Assembly (NCBI GenBank): GCA_000165345.1 | Contig: CM000436.1 | Location: forward strand, 1,152,001 to 1,216,000 | Direction: 5' to 3' | DNA: 64,000 nt | Shown: in pieces, positions 51,557-62,500 of the stretch | Layout: every line of letters starts with the position of its first letter | How positions within the stretch are numbered: the first letter of the stretch is position 1 | The notes under the pieces: generated by a model | What the model was told of the DNA's origin: nothing | Seen by the model: only the letters and a program-made list of their open reading frames with translations | Database searches by the model: none | Position numbers and translations under genes: made by a program

Positions 51557-52313
51557 TTAATTATTATTGCAATCAAGATCTTCATCATCATCATCATCGT
51601 CATCAATATCTTGGCCTAAATCTATATCACTATCTTGATTCATTTTTTCAGTTTCTGAATCATTCATTCTATTAACATTATTTATATCTTGACTCCAATT
51701 TGGAGTAATTGACATTTCATATTCTGTTGGTAACCAAATTTTTGAAACGCCTTTATTTGGAAACGTAGGTAAAGGTAAAGAGTTAATTTCACTAGATACC
51801 ATTTTATTTGCTATATTTGAATTTTGACTGGCTGTAATTGTTTCATAGTATTCTGAAATAGCAATTTTAGCATCACATTCTTGAATATTTGTTCTTGAAT
51901 CTATTCTTGCATATTCATTAGATTTAATGATCAAATCTTGGCTAAATGCTAATTTTTTTTTCAGATGAACATAATAATTATGTAAATTATGATATTTTAT
52001 AGTGATTGAAAAATAAAACTTACCGAATGCAGTATTTAATAATTGATCAATAATTCTTGGATCATAAGATTCTACTTTCATATCTTTTAGTAGTCTTCCA
52101 ATAGAAGCTACAGATTCTGGAATTACTTGAATATATTTTTTCTATTGTAATTATTGATTAATATTTAAAATAATAAATAGAAATAATTAAATATTTATTA
52201 CAAAACAAGAATATATTAAAACAATATATTAATAGATATAAAGAAGAAATAATTATATATTGATTCAAACTTTGCATATATTAATATGAAAATACTTAAC
52301 TTACTTCTTCCAT
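51557..52313 (-). CDS. TAF9: TFIID subunit TAF9 (histone-fold TAF); exons 52313..52305, 52141..52024, 51948..51557
   Basis: Reconstructed by hand. ATGGAAGAA|GTAAGT gives a 163-nt intron. Exon 2 ends TTCG|GTAAGT, followed by a 75-nt intron. The product is MEEKKYIQVIPESVASIGRLLKDMKVESYDPRIIDQLLNTAFAFSQDLIIKSNEYARIDSRTNIQECDAKIAIS...DDDDDDDEDLDCNNN. It matches TAF9 [64 protein letters not shown] and its poly-Asp tail. Confidence 0.65.
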
Positions 52314-52704
52314 ATATTTGAAAAAAAAATAATTGTTTTCTTTTTTTCCTTACTTTTCTTTTGTCAATTTGTGAAATTCTCGTGTTTTTTCATTTATTAT
52401 AATTAATAAAAAATAATATTTATTTTGGGTATATTACCGCCAAAACTTTTATATTCATAAAAATTTATTATTAATAACTAAATATATGATAATTTTTTTA
52501 AATTAGCAATAGAATATAATAAATGTGAAATATTTAAAAATAAAACATAAAATTTTTACTTATAATTATAACATAAAACTAATAATACTTTAAAAAAACA
52601 AATAAATAGATAAAATACATTCTCACATATATTGAATTGATTTTATTATCGTTATCAGTAAATAAATATTGATTTGGCAAAAAAATTTTCTATGTGGACA
52701 AATA

Positions 52705-52753
52705 AATGCATGCAGTGCATGTGGCGCATAAAGGTGCAGATAATGCATGCATT
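52705..52753. promoter_or_regulatory. AATGCATGCAGTGCATGTGGCGCATAAAGGTGCAGATAATGCATGCATT, two GCATGC palindromes bracketing a GGCGC core, in the divergent TAF9/mucin promoter
   Basis: Seen directly. Confidence 0.5.
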
Positions 52754-53100
52754 TATTTTGTTTTTTTTTTTTAATATTGAAATTCTGAGTTGAGGGGTGA
52801 TGTGTGAAGGAATATTTTATATTATATATTGTGGGAGATGACAAATTTATAATATAATATGTGCTCGTATTCGTGTATAAAATAAAGTATAAAAAAGAAG
52901 ACATACCGTTTATAATTAATAGTTTGTCTCAATAAGAAATACTTATATAATAAATAAAGTGTATTAAAATGCATCATAAGATTATTAATTATTAATTTAA
53001 GATAAAATTAAATTAAAAGGGAAACAAATTTGAGATATATAACTCAAATAGTAATAATTACATCAAACGCATCAATAAATATAAATATAATAGTGGAGAA

Positions 53101-54528
53101 ATGTTTATTAAAAGGAATATATTGAGTTTAGCAACATTATTAGTTGGAGCTTCAGCAAGTGGTATATTTAGACAATTTGGTGATAAAATAACCCAACAAG
53201 CAAATCCATGTCATATTACATGTCCAAGAGAATATGCTCCAGTATGTGCAACAGATGCAGAAACTTATGAGAATTTATGTTTATTTGGAGTAGCAAAATG
53301 TATGAATAGAGATCTTCAATTGGTAGCAAATGTAACATGTCCAGATTTATTAATACATTTAACACATTTAGCACAGAAAGGTATGGTAGAAAGTATGAAT
53401 GCAATAGATTCAACATATCAAACATTTGGTAATATAACAAAGGGAACAGCAGAAATGATATCATCTACTTTAGATTCTGTACCATTAATAAAATTACCAA
53501 ACTTTAATCTTCCAATATTTGGAATACCACCAATTCCACCACAAGTTTTGAAAACGACTTCAACTTCAACTTCAACTTCAACTACTACTACTACTACTAC
53601 ATCAACATCAACTTCAACAACTGAAAATACAAGTACAAATTTTGAATCAGATTCTTCATCTGAATCAACATCAGAATACACATCCACATCCACATCCACG
53701 TCATCGACTATTACATCAGATATTGAGCCTACATCTACATCTACATCCACATCTGCATCTACATCTACATCTACATCTACATCTGCTTCTACATCTGCTT
53801 TGCCAACATCTACAACTACCATTGCTACTTCAACAAAATCTTCAAGAAAATTAATAGAGATTCCAAGTTTAGAACAAGGAGCAAGTGGAGTAATAGCACA
53901 GGTAACTAAGACTATACAATCAGCACTAAGTGGATCTGGAGTTAGTGGTTCATCACCAACAACATCATCATCAGCAGCATTGGGATTAAATAATTTGGAT
54001 GATGCAAGAACAACAATTGAGGGTATGGTAAAGACTATTCCATATACGCCAGGAAAGAATTCTAGTAATATATTATTAGTAGATGGAGTTTCACAAATAG
54101 TAAAATTACCAAATGGAAAAGAAAGTAAGAATTTACTTTCAAATATTACATCAACAGAATCATTTAATTTACCCAATATTACAAATTTAACAAATGGTTC
54201 ATTAAGTAATATTACAGAAAAAATTACAAGTAGAAATATTACATTAAATGGTGAAAATTTAATATCTAATCCAAATTTTCAATCTTTGAGAAATTTAACT
54301 TCATCAACATTGGATAATAATAATATTAGTAATACGACTGCTATTAATGGCACAAATAGTGGTTTAAATATTAATGGTACTTCTTTATTAACAGATTCTA
54401 AATTTAATAAATTGGTTAATGGTAGATTTAATACAACTGATATTTTTAAAGGAATTGGAAATACAATAAATAATATTACAAAGAATATTAAGGAGCAAGT
54501 AGAAAATGAAATTGAAAATATTAATTAA
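53101..54528 (+). CDS. secreted Kazal-domain protein with a long Thr/Ser-rich mucin-like region and an N-glycan-rich C-terminus
   Basis: 475-aa ORF with an ATG start. The signal peptide is MFIKRNILSLATLLVGASASG. The Kazal-type module is CPREYAPVCATDAETYENLCLFGVAKCMNRDLQLVANVTC. This is followed by TSTSTSTSTTTTTTTSTSTS...TSTSTSASTSTSTSTSAS repeats encoded by (ACTTCA)n and (ACATCT)n at 53556..53830, then about 20 NxS/T sequons. Confidence 0.7.
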   Translation: MFIKRNILSLATLLVGASASGIFRQFGDKITQQANPCHITCPREYAPVCATDAETYENLCLFGVAKCMNRDLQLVANVTCPDLLIHLTHLAQKGMVESMNAIDSTYQTFGNITKGTAEMISSTLDSVPLIKLPNFNLPIFGIPPIPPQVLKTTSTSTSTSTTTTTTTSTSTSTTENTSTNFESDSSSESTSEYTSTSTSTSSTITSDIEPTSTSTSTSASTSTSTSTSASTSALPTSTTTIATSTKSSRKLIEIPSLEQGASGVIAQVTKTIQSALSGSGVSGSSPTTSSSAALGLNNLDDARTTIEGMVKTIPYTPGKNSSNILLVDGVSQIVKLPNGKESKNLLSNITSTESFNLPNITNLTNGSLSNITEKITSRNITLNGENLISNPNFQSLRNLTSSTLDNNNISNTTAINGTNSGLNINGTSLLTDSKFNKLVNGRFNTTDIFKGIGNTINNITKNIKEQVENEIENIN

Positions 54529-54936
54529 ATCTTTAATATTAAGATTTAGTTAATATTTTTTTTCCTCTCTTTTTCTTCTTCTTCATGAATCATAATTATC
54601 ATCCAAACCAAATATTCAGAGTAGAAATAGCCCATAGATTATGAGAAAAGAAAGAGTAATTCCTTATTTTCTTCTTTTTCTTCAACTTAATGTTATTATT
54701 GGAATTTTTATTAAAAAAAAAAAATTAATAATAATATCAAAGGAGAATCACTTTCTTTCTTTCTCTAATCATTTTGTGACTTTAAAAGAAAAAAGGATTT
54801 CAACAACCAGTTCTACCACTTTATTTATAACAAACAACCATTTCCACCACATAATCTTCAATAAAAATTTGCAAAAACCAAAACAACCTTGAGTAACATA
54901 ATTACGACAACTTCTACTAATGATCTTATTAATAAC

Positions 54937-55140
54937 TATTACTACTACTGTTACTACTGATACTACTACTACCACTACTACTACCACTACCATCACTAAC
55001 AATACAACTTCTAAAATAAACACTAATATTGTTATTGCTAATATTTATAACTAATCACTATTACTGCTATTAATACTAGTATTAATATTATTATTAGTAT
55101 TATTATTACCACTACTACAATGGCATTACAATATTGCTAC
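54937..55140. repeat. degenerate ACT/TAC/ATT trinucleotide-rich minisatellite (mirror ORFs are poly-Thr on plus and poly-Val on minus)
   Basis: Seen directly. Track ORFs 54641..54892 and 54769..55023 overlap it and are probably artefacts. Confidence 0.6.
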
Positions 55141-55209
55141 ATTTAAGTTTATATGAATGTTGTAATAATCAATTGGTTCTAAATCAAAATGGTGAAAAAC
55201 TAATGTATA

Positions 55210-55278
55210 AACAGACAGACAAATAAAGCAGACAGATGAATAAACAGAGAAATGAATAAGCAAAAAGATGAATAAATC
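55210..55278. repeat. 4 copies of a roughly 16-nt purine-rich tandem repeat (CAGACAGACAAATAAAG / CAGACAGATGAATAAA / CAGAGAAATGAATAAG / CAAAAAGATGAATAAAT)
   Basis: Seen directly. Confidence 0.6.
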
Positions 55279-56243
55279 TACAAAAATAAGAAAGAAAGGA
55301 AAAAAAAAAAGAAAAGGAAGAAATAGACTAAAGAATACTGAGAAAAGTTCTTTATTGATAAGGAATGGGAGGGAAAGAGAAAAAAAAAGTTAAGTTTTCC
55401 AATATGTTGAAATAATCTTTTTCTCTTATTAACTAAGTAATAAGATTTAAATAAAAAAAAATATATTATAATGAACTCGTATAATTGTTTAATCTAAATA
55501 AATTAATTAAATCTTTTATTGATATATCCCAACTTAAAAGAAATATATAAACTTTCTTAAATATACATCAAATAATATTTGGATATTAACAATAATTGAC
55601 TAGAAGAAAAGCAATTGGTGATTATTTTCTTTTTTCTTTTCCACATCTTTATTTATTATTTATCTTTAATATTAATGAGTATAATGGGGAAAAAAAAGAG
55701 AAATTTACACAAAATATTAAACAAATACAGGAATAGATAAGTTATGATTTCTTAATATTTGAATTATAAAATAAGAATAAATCAATTAATTAAAAACAAT
55801 AATATAACATTATTAACAAACGTTGTAANNNNTNTNTTAATGTTTTTCTATCATATTTATTTATTTTCCTTTTAGAAAATTTATTAATATAAAAAAATAA
55901 TAATAATAATAATAATAATATTAAAAGTTATTAGAAAATAAGTCAAATTTANTTTTGTAAATTTAATTGTATTATTTGTAATATAATTATAACAAAAAAG
56001 TGTTTTTTTTTTTAAATAAATATATTAATAGCATGTACTATTAATTATTACTAATTTATAAAGATTACAATGAGTAATTGTCAAAAATAAAGCATAAAAA
56101 TTAATAAAAATAATAAGCTTTTGTTTATATATATTATTTAAGTTAATTGATACTAAATGAAACTAAAATTTATTTAGAAAAAAAAAGAAGAAAATTCAAT
56201 TTATAAATTATATTCAAATAGTAGATAATAATTAATATTATAT

Positions 56244-56286
<43 letters not shown>

Positions 56287-56304
56287 AAATATTGTATTAA
56301 TTTT

Positions 56305-56331
56305 TTTGGCGGGAAAAGAATTTGCATGCAA
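56305..56331. promoter_or_regulatory. TTTGGCGGGAAAAGAATTTGCATGCAA, a canonical E2F site plus GCATGC, about 190 bp 3' of the NCoR-like gene stop
   Basis: Seen directly. No annotated gene lies downstream within 1.8 kb. See findings. Confidence 0.35.
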
Positions 56332-56519
56332 TAGCCATTTAAATTCCTTACACGTAATAAATAATTAAATAATTTTTTTAAAGTTAAAGGGAAAAGAGTG
56401 GAAAAAAAAAGATTGTTAATAAATATAGTTATTTAGANAGAAAGTTATGAAAAGTTATTAATATAAATAGATAGAAAATGATTAATTCTTTTCTTCGTGT
56501 ATTTATTAATTAAATTTAT

Positions 56520-59500
56520 TCACTCCTTTTTAGGAATTTCTTGATTTAAATTCACATTCTTTAAACTATTATTATTGTTTGTTGGATCTTGAATTGGATT
56601 TCCAATTGTTGTCCCTCCTTTATTTATTCCATTAAAGCCAACTAATGGGTTTCCAATATGTTGTTGAAATTGTTGTTGCTGAAGTTGTTGCTGTTGTTGT
56701 TGTTGTATTATTAAACTCAACATATCTCCTCCAATGGAATTTCTATTTAATTGTTGTCGACTTTGAAAATTAAAAGGGATTGTATTTGCTAGAAACTGTT
56801 GTTGCAGTTGTNGCAATTGCAGTTGTTGTTGCTGCTGTTGCAGTTGTTGTAGTTGTTGAAGTTGTTGTTGTTGTTGTTGTTGTTGCTGTTGTTGTTGTTG
56901 TTGCTGCTGCTGCTGCTGCTGCTGTTGCTTTAACTGTAGCTGCAATTGAAGTTGAAGTTGTAGCTGTTGATTGTGTTGTTGCTGCAGTTGCTGTTGTTGT
57001 TGATGTTGTTGCTGTTGTTGCTGTTGCAATAACTGTTGTTGGAACAAATGTTGAAGTTGGAAAAAGTTAGGAAATGCTTGGGGTTGTGTTTGCAAAGAGG
57101 TTTGTGAAAAAAGTCCATTTCCAACCCCGAATTCATTTCCAACTCCAGCTTCAATTCCAGCTCCAGTTCCAATTCCAGCTCCAGTTACAACTCCAACTCC
57201 ACCACTTCCAGCTCCAGCATCAATTCCAGTTCCAGCTCCTACACCAACTCCAGATCCAACTCCAGCTCCTACGCCAACTCCTACACCAACTCCAGATCCT
57301 GCTCCAGCTCCAGATCCAGCTCCAGCTCCAGCTCCAGCTCCAGCTCCAGCTCCAGCTCCAGCTCCAGCTCCAGCTCCAGCTCCAGCTCCAGCTCCTACTG
57401 AATTCAAAGTTGCAGAATCAAATATTCCTGGAACTATAACACCTTTATTTGAGCTATTTTCTGTTTTTGAATTAAATCCTCCTTCTCCGCCTTCTGAGGC
57501 TCCCATTGTTATTTTACTTGAAATTTCAACAACCTCACATGACTTCTCTCCGTCTACTATCGCTTCCTTAGCTAAAACCATACTCTTACTATTATCGTAA
57601 TCCCCTACTTTAGTAGAATCTCCAACTAATACCTCATTCTTGTCCTCATTCTTCTCCTTCTCTGTCTCTTTCTGCTCTTCTTTTCCATATTGATCATTTA
57701 CTGATATTCCTTCTACTAATCCAGAAACCATCTCTGCTTTCAAATCCGTAATCAGAGTTTCAGATTCAGGTTTGAGCTTAGTTTCAGGTCCAGGTTCAGA
57801 CTCAAGATTGGGTTCAGTTTCAGGATTAAGATCCCGCTCTTTTAACTCTGTAGAATCTTTAGTTGTTGAATTATTTACAGAAGTTGGATTAGGACTTGTA
57901 GTGATACCTGCAGTATAATTACTACCGCCAACAATTCCACCACTTCCCAATAATGTGTTCATTATCATCTGATTTAAAGGATTTGCCAATCCTCCAACAA
58001 ATCCAATCTGTTGAGAATTTCTCATTTGTTCTTGTAATGTTTGCTGAAAAACCAACTGTTGTTGTAAGTATTGATTCATTAATATACTATTCCAAGTCTG
58101 ATTGTGATTGCTCTGGGAATTAATATTTGTTGAATCACTTGTACTATTATTAACACTGCTTGTTGTATTAACACCATTATTCACAGGATTTATAGATATG
58201 GGATTCTCTGTTGCTCCTACTGCTCCTGATACCGATCCTGATTCTCCTATTCCTGTTCCTCCCACTCCTCCTGCTACATTATGCTGTCCAAGATTAGACC
58301 CCAAGCCTCCAAATAATAATCCAGAAGGATACCCCACTCCTGTTGCTCCTGTTGCTCCTGTTGCTCCTGTTGCTGCTCCTACTCCTACCCCTGCTCCTCC
58401 TACTCCTGTTACTCCCATTCCTATCCCTCCTCCTCCTCCTAATCCCAACCCTCCTATACCAGGAATTCCCCCCTTAGCCATTCCAGGTATACCAGATATG
58501 CCTCCTATACGAGGTATTCCTCCTAAATTTTGTAGTCCTCCCATACTTTGTAGTCCACCCAAACCCTGAAATCCTCCTATACCTTGTAGTCCTCCAAGCC
58601 CTGACAAATCTTGAATGCCATTACCGCTCCCACTACAACTATTACTACTGCTACTGTTATTAATATCATTACCACCACTTCCTCCTACATCACCAACAGC
58701 ATTTTCCACTCCCATTCCAGAATAAATACCTGTATTTGATACTTGGCAAGGCTTTAATGGATTCACTTGAGATGTAACATTTCCACATGAATTAATAATT
58801 GATGGAAAACCACCTGATAAAATTGGTATAGAATTATCATTAACTTTAGGTAATTGTAATCCAAAATTTACGTTACCCATATTCATATTTAATAATGAAT
58901 TTGGCTGTAATTGACTTAGTCCAGGAATTGAATTATCTGAAATAAAGTAGTTTGCTAGAATTCCATTATTATTTAATAATAGTAAGTTATTAATATTATT
59001 GGATGATGATGATGTTTCTATTTTACCATTTAATACTTTATTATTACTATTTCCTTTCATATACTCATCCATCAATTTTGGTATCTTTCTATTCATACTC
59101 TCTTCATTATATTCATTTAAACCAATATTATTACCATTTCCACTACTCATTAGTATATCATTACTGTTCGTATCACTAACTTCCTTGCTATTTAACAATC
59201 CTACTACTCCTGTTACACCTGATCCTGGCCCTGATCCTGGCCCTGATCCTGATCCTGACCCTGATCCTGACCCTCTCTTACGTCTTCCTTGCCTTGGCTT
59301 CTCATTCATTGATGATTTTTGTAATACCGAATTACTATTTATATTATTAACTATTTCCAAATTTCTTAATTTACCTTTACCTGTCTCTGTTGATGGAACA
59401 TTTGAGACATAATTTGAAATATCTGAAGATAATGAATAATCTTGCTTATTTGATGGAGATATTGTCAAAGAATGTAATAAAGAATTACTACCATTTATAA

Positions 59501-62500
59501 CTCCTCCTAATTCTCCCATTATATTATCCATAAACTGATTCAAATATAAATATACCGATACCTTTAAATCATTTATTGATATATTTGGATCCAAATATGA
59601 CATATTCAAAGATTCTTGATCTTTATATTCTTTATGATCAAATATTATTGGTATATTACTTGGTAATTGTATATTTGAATTTCCTTGCTTATTTTGAATA
59701 TTTATATTATAAAAAGGAGAAATTAATGCATCCATATCTTTTGGTAATATATATCCATTACTTAAGTTATCCATTGTATATCTTTTATTTGTATTTAAAT
59801 GAGAATCATCATGTTTTCTAAATAAAAACTTATATATTAAATCATCATATAATCCCCATTCTTCTTTCTTTTCTATTCCTATCATATTATTATTCATTTC
59901 TCTTCTTTCAATTATTGGAAGCCTAAATAATGTTGATGGTCTATTTAACATTCTTCTTAAAGATGATCTTGAAAGAAGTCTCTCTGTATACATATTCATA
60001 TTACCAAGACTACTAAAACATGATCTCTTATAAAAATCTCTCATAAAATGATTATATGTTGATTCAATTGTTAAAGTATTCAATATTTCATCAATTAAAA
60101 GCTCCCTATATGAATGTTTCTTATATTTAATAATCTCCATACATCTTATAGTACTAATAAGACTATTCCAAAATATACTCTTATCTTTTTTTATTTGTAT
60201 ATTATCATCATCTTGAGAATCTTTAATAATTCTTTGAATATTTTCTTCTGTATCATCTTTTGTATGAATTGAAGATGATATTATTTCATCATCATTCATT
60301 ATATTATGATCTTTTTGATCATAATGATGATTCATATTAATTTGATTCTTATTATGATTTCCTTTAAAATAATATACTAATCTTAAAATCCTTTTAAATC
60401 CTAATGTATATTTATATTTGTAATAAAAATCTATACAATCTTTAATAGTCTTATATTCCATAAATGATGCTATCCTTCTGAAATCTTTTGGATACATTAA
60501 ATACTTTTCTATAAACATTCTTATTTCTGAATAAGTCCATATAGTATTTCTATTCCTTTCTTGATCAGTTGGATTGATTACTTGATTATTCTTATTAATA
60601 TAAATAAATTTCACAGGTTTAATAGGATCTTGATCATAAACATTAAATTCAATTTCTGCAGGAAATCTAAAAATACTATTCTCAAACCATAGTGGAGATG
60701 GACCTATAAAACTGGATGATGAACTAGTCATTTGCATCCATTCTCTTTGAGCTTGTTTTTGATGTACTATTCCTTTTTCTCTTTCTCTATTTTTTTGTAT
60801 ATTCAATCCAATATCTTTTTCTTTATCTTTTTCTTTATTAGAAATAGGTATTTCTTTATAATTTTTAGTTACCCCGATACCTAATGTTGTAGTACCAGAA
60901 GAACCAAATGATAAAGAATTACAACTATTAGAATGAGAAGGATTAGATTGTGATGTAGAAGTGATATTATTTCCTGTTAAAATATTTCCAATTGATGGTT
61001 GAGAATCATTTTTCATAACTGATGCAAATTCATTAGAATAATTTGTAGATCCAGGTACCCCTCCAGTTTTAACCAAATTAAGAAATGATAAAGATGCATT
61101 GCCTGTATTTGATGACATAGAATGATCTTCATTTCCAATAATATTATTGGAAGAATGATAATTATCATTAGAATTTCTTGTCCTTCTTGATCTTGTAGAA
61201 TTTAATTCAAAGGTACCGACATCAATTCCTCCAGTTCCTCTTTTTCTTCTTGTATTACTAACAGTATTAAGTGTTTCATTTGTTGAATTAGAGATATTAT
61301 TTATATCATGAGTATTCCGATTAATACTTTCAGAATGATTTTGTTCAATATTTCCAATATGATCACTTCCTTTTAATATACCTCCTTTTGTTTGAATATT
61401 ATATAACTTTTGATTATTATTAGTATTAGTAGAATCAATATTATCACCAAATACAAGAGCTCTATTAGAATTAGTAAAAAGTATTGGTGTTTGAATATTT
61501 TGTAAAGACATCATATAAGTTTTTGATATATCATTATTTCTACATTCAGGTAGAAGATCTAGAAATTTATGATATACTTTAAACCTAAAATCATGTTTAA
61601 AATAACCAATAGGTAAAGGTACCAATTGATCAGGATGATCAATTGCTCTTAAAGGTAAACAACCCCAAGTAAAATTCAGATCTCTTTCACTATTTAACAT
61701 TTCATTATATGCAACATATCTTTTATAACGATGATATATAAAATGTAAAGATCTTTTAATATTTGATATTTCATTTCTAATCATGATCTTTTTTCTTTTA
61801 ATATGTTTTCTTACTCTTTGAATTTTTGAAGAATAACCAAGTAAATTAATAGGATGATAAAAATCACCATTAATTGGTCTTAAAATATCTTTAATAACTT
61901 TTAAAGCAAACTTATTATGATCTTGTATTGGATAACAAAGACTAGTATAGTATGGCATTAAAGATACATATTCTGGTATACCAAGTATAACTTCAATATA
62001 ATCTTGTATTTCTCTATCAATAACTAAATCATCCTGATAGATTTTAATAATTTCAAGAGTATGATCATCTTTACTTTCTTCTAAAATAGATTCTAATAAC
62101 TTAATTTCATCCATTAAATAGTTAAATGTTGATATAAGAAATGGAATATGATCACCAGTATTTTTTTGATGATTATCGATAGTAATGATCTCATTAATTT
62201 TATCCTTTAAAACTTTTAAAGAATTTAATTTCTCAATATTTTCTTCTTTGAGTTTTTGTAAAGATTCTGTAATTCCAAAATCATTATTAATATGAGAAGA
62301 AGAATTAGAATCTTGAGAATTTTTATTTTCATTAATAAATCGTATTCGGTACCTTTTTAGATCTTTATTATTTGTATCAATTTCACTATTAATAAATTGA
62401 TCCAACTCTTTAATTCTACCAGGCAAAACACAAATCTTAACTTTTTGTCTTGCAGTTCTAAAAGCCTGACTTGTATTTTCCATAACTGAAGCCAAGTAAT

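Noticed and set aside
53216-54176. Track ORFs 53418..54176(-), 53642..53854(+) and 53216..53464(-) inside or opposite the mucin gene
   Set aside because: These are mirror-frame artefacts of the (ACTTCA)n/(ACATCT)n repeats (poly-VDVDV and poly-HLH translations). The plus-strand Kazal-mucin ORF with a signal peptide is the real gene.
54641-55023. Track ORFs 54641..54892(+) and 54769..55023(-) downstream of the mucin gene
   Set aside because: Both overlap the ACT/TAC minisatellite (poly-Thr versus poly-Val mirror frames), neither has a convincing domain, and they overlap each other on opposite strands. I treated them as repeat artefacts, although a small Thr-rich mucin-like gene cannot be fully excluded.
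57131-57397. Tandem hexamer array as a CRISPR-like repeat
   Set aside because: The units are contiguous with no spacers, lie inside a eukaryotic coding region and preserve the reading frame. They form a coding microsatellite, not a CRISPR array. No cas-like genes exist in the window.
56780-59412. Plus-strand track ORFs 56780..57070, 57074..57439, 58108..58569 and 58999..59412 opposite the NCoR-like gene
   Set aside because: These are low-complexity reverse-frame translations of the poly-Q, (GA)n and Pro/Gly repeats (poly-V, QLQLQL, poly-P). No start context is present, and the 2409-aa minus-strand ORF explains the sequence.
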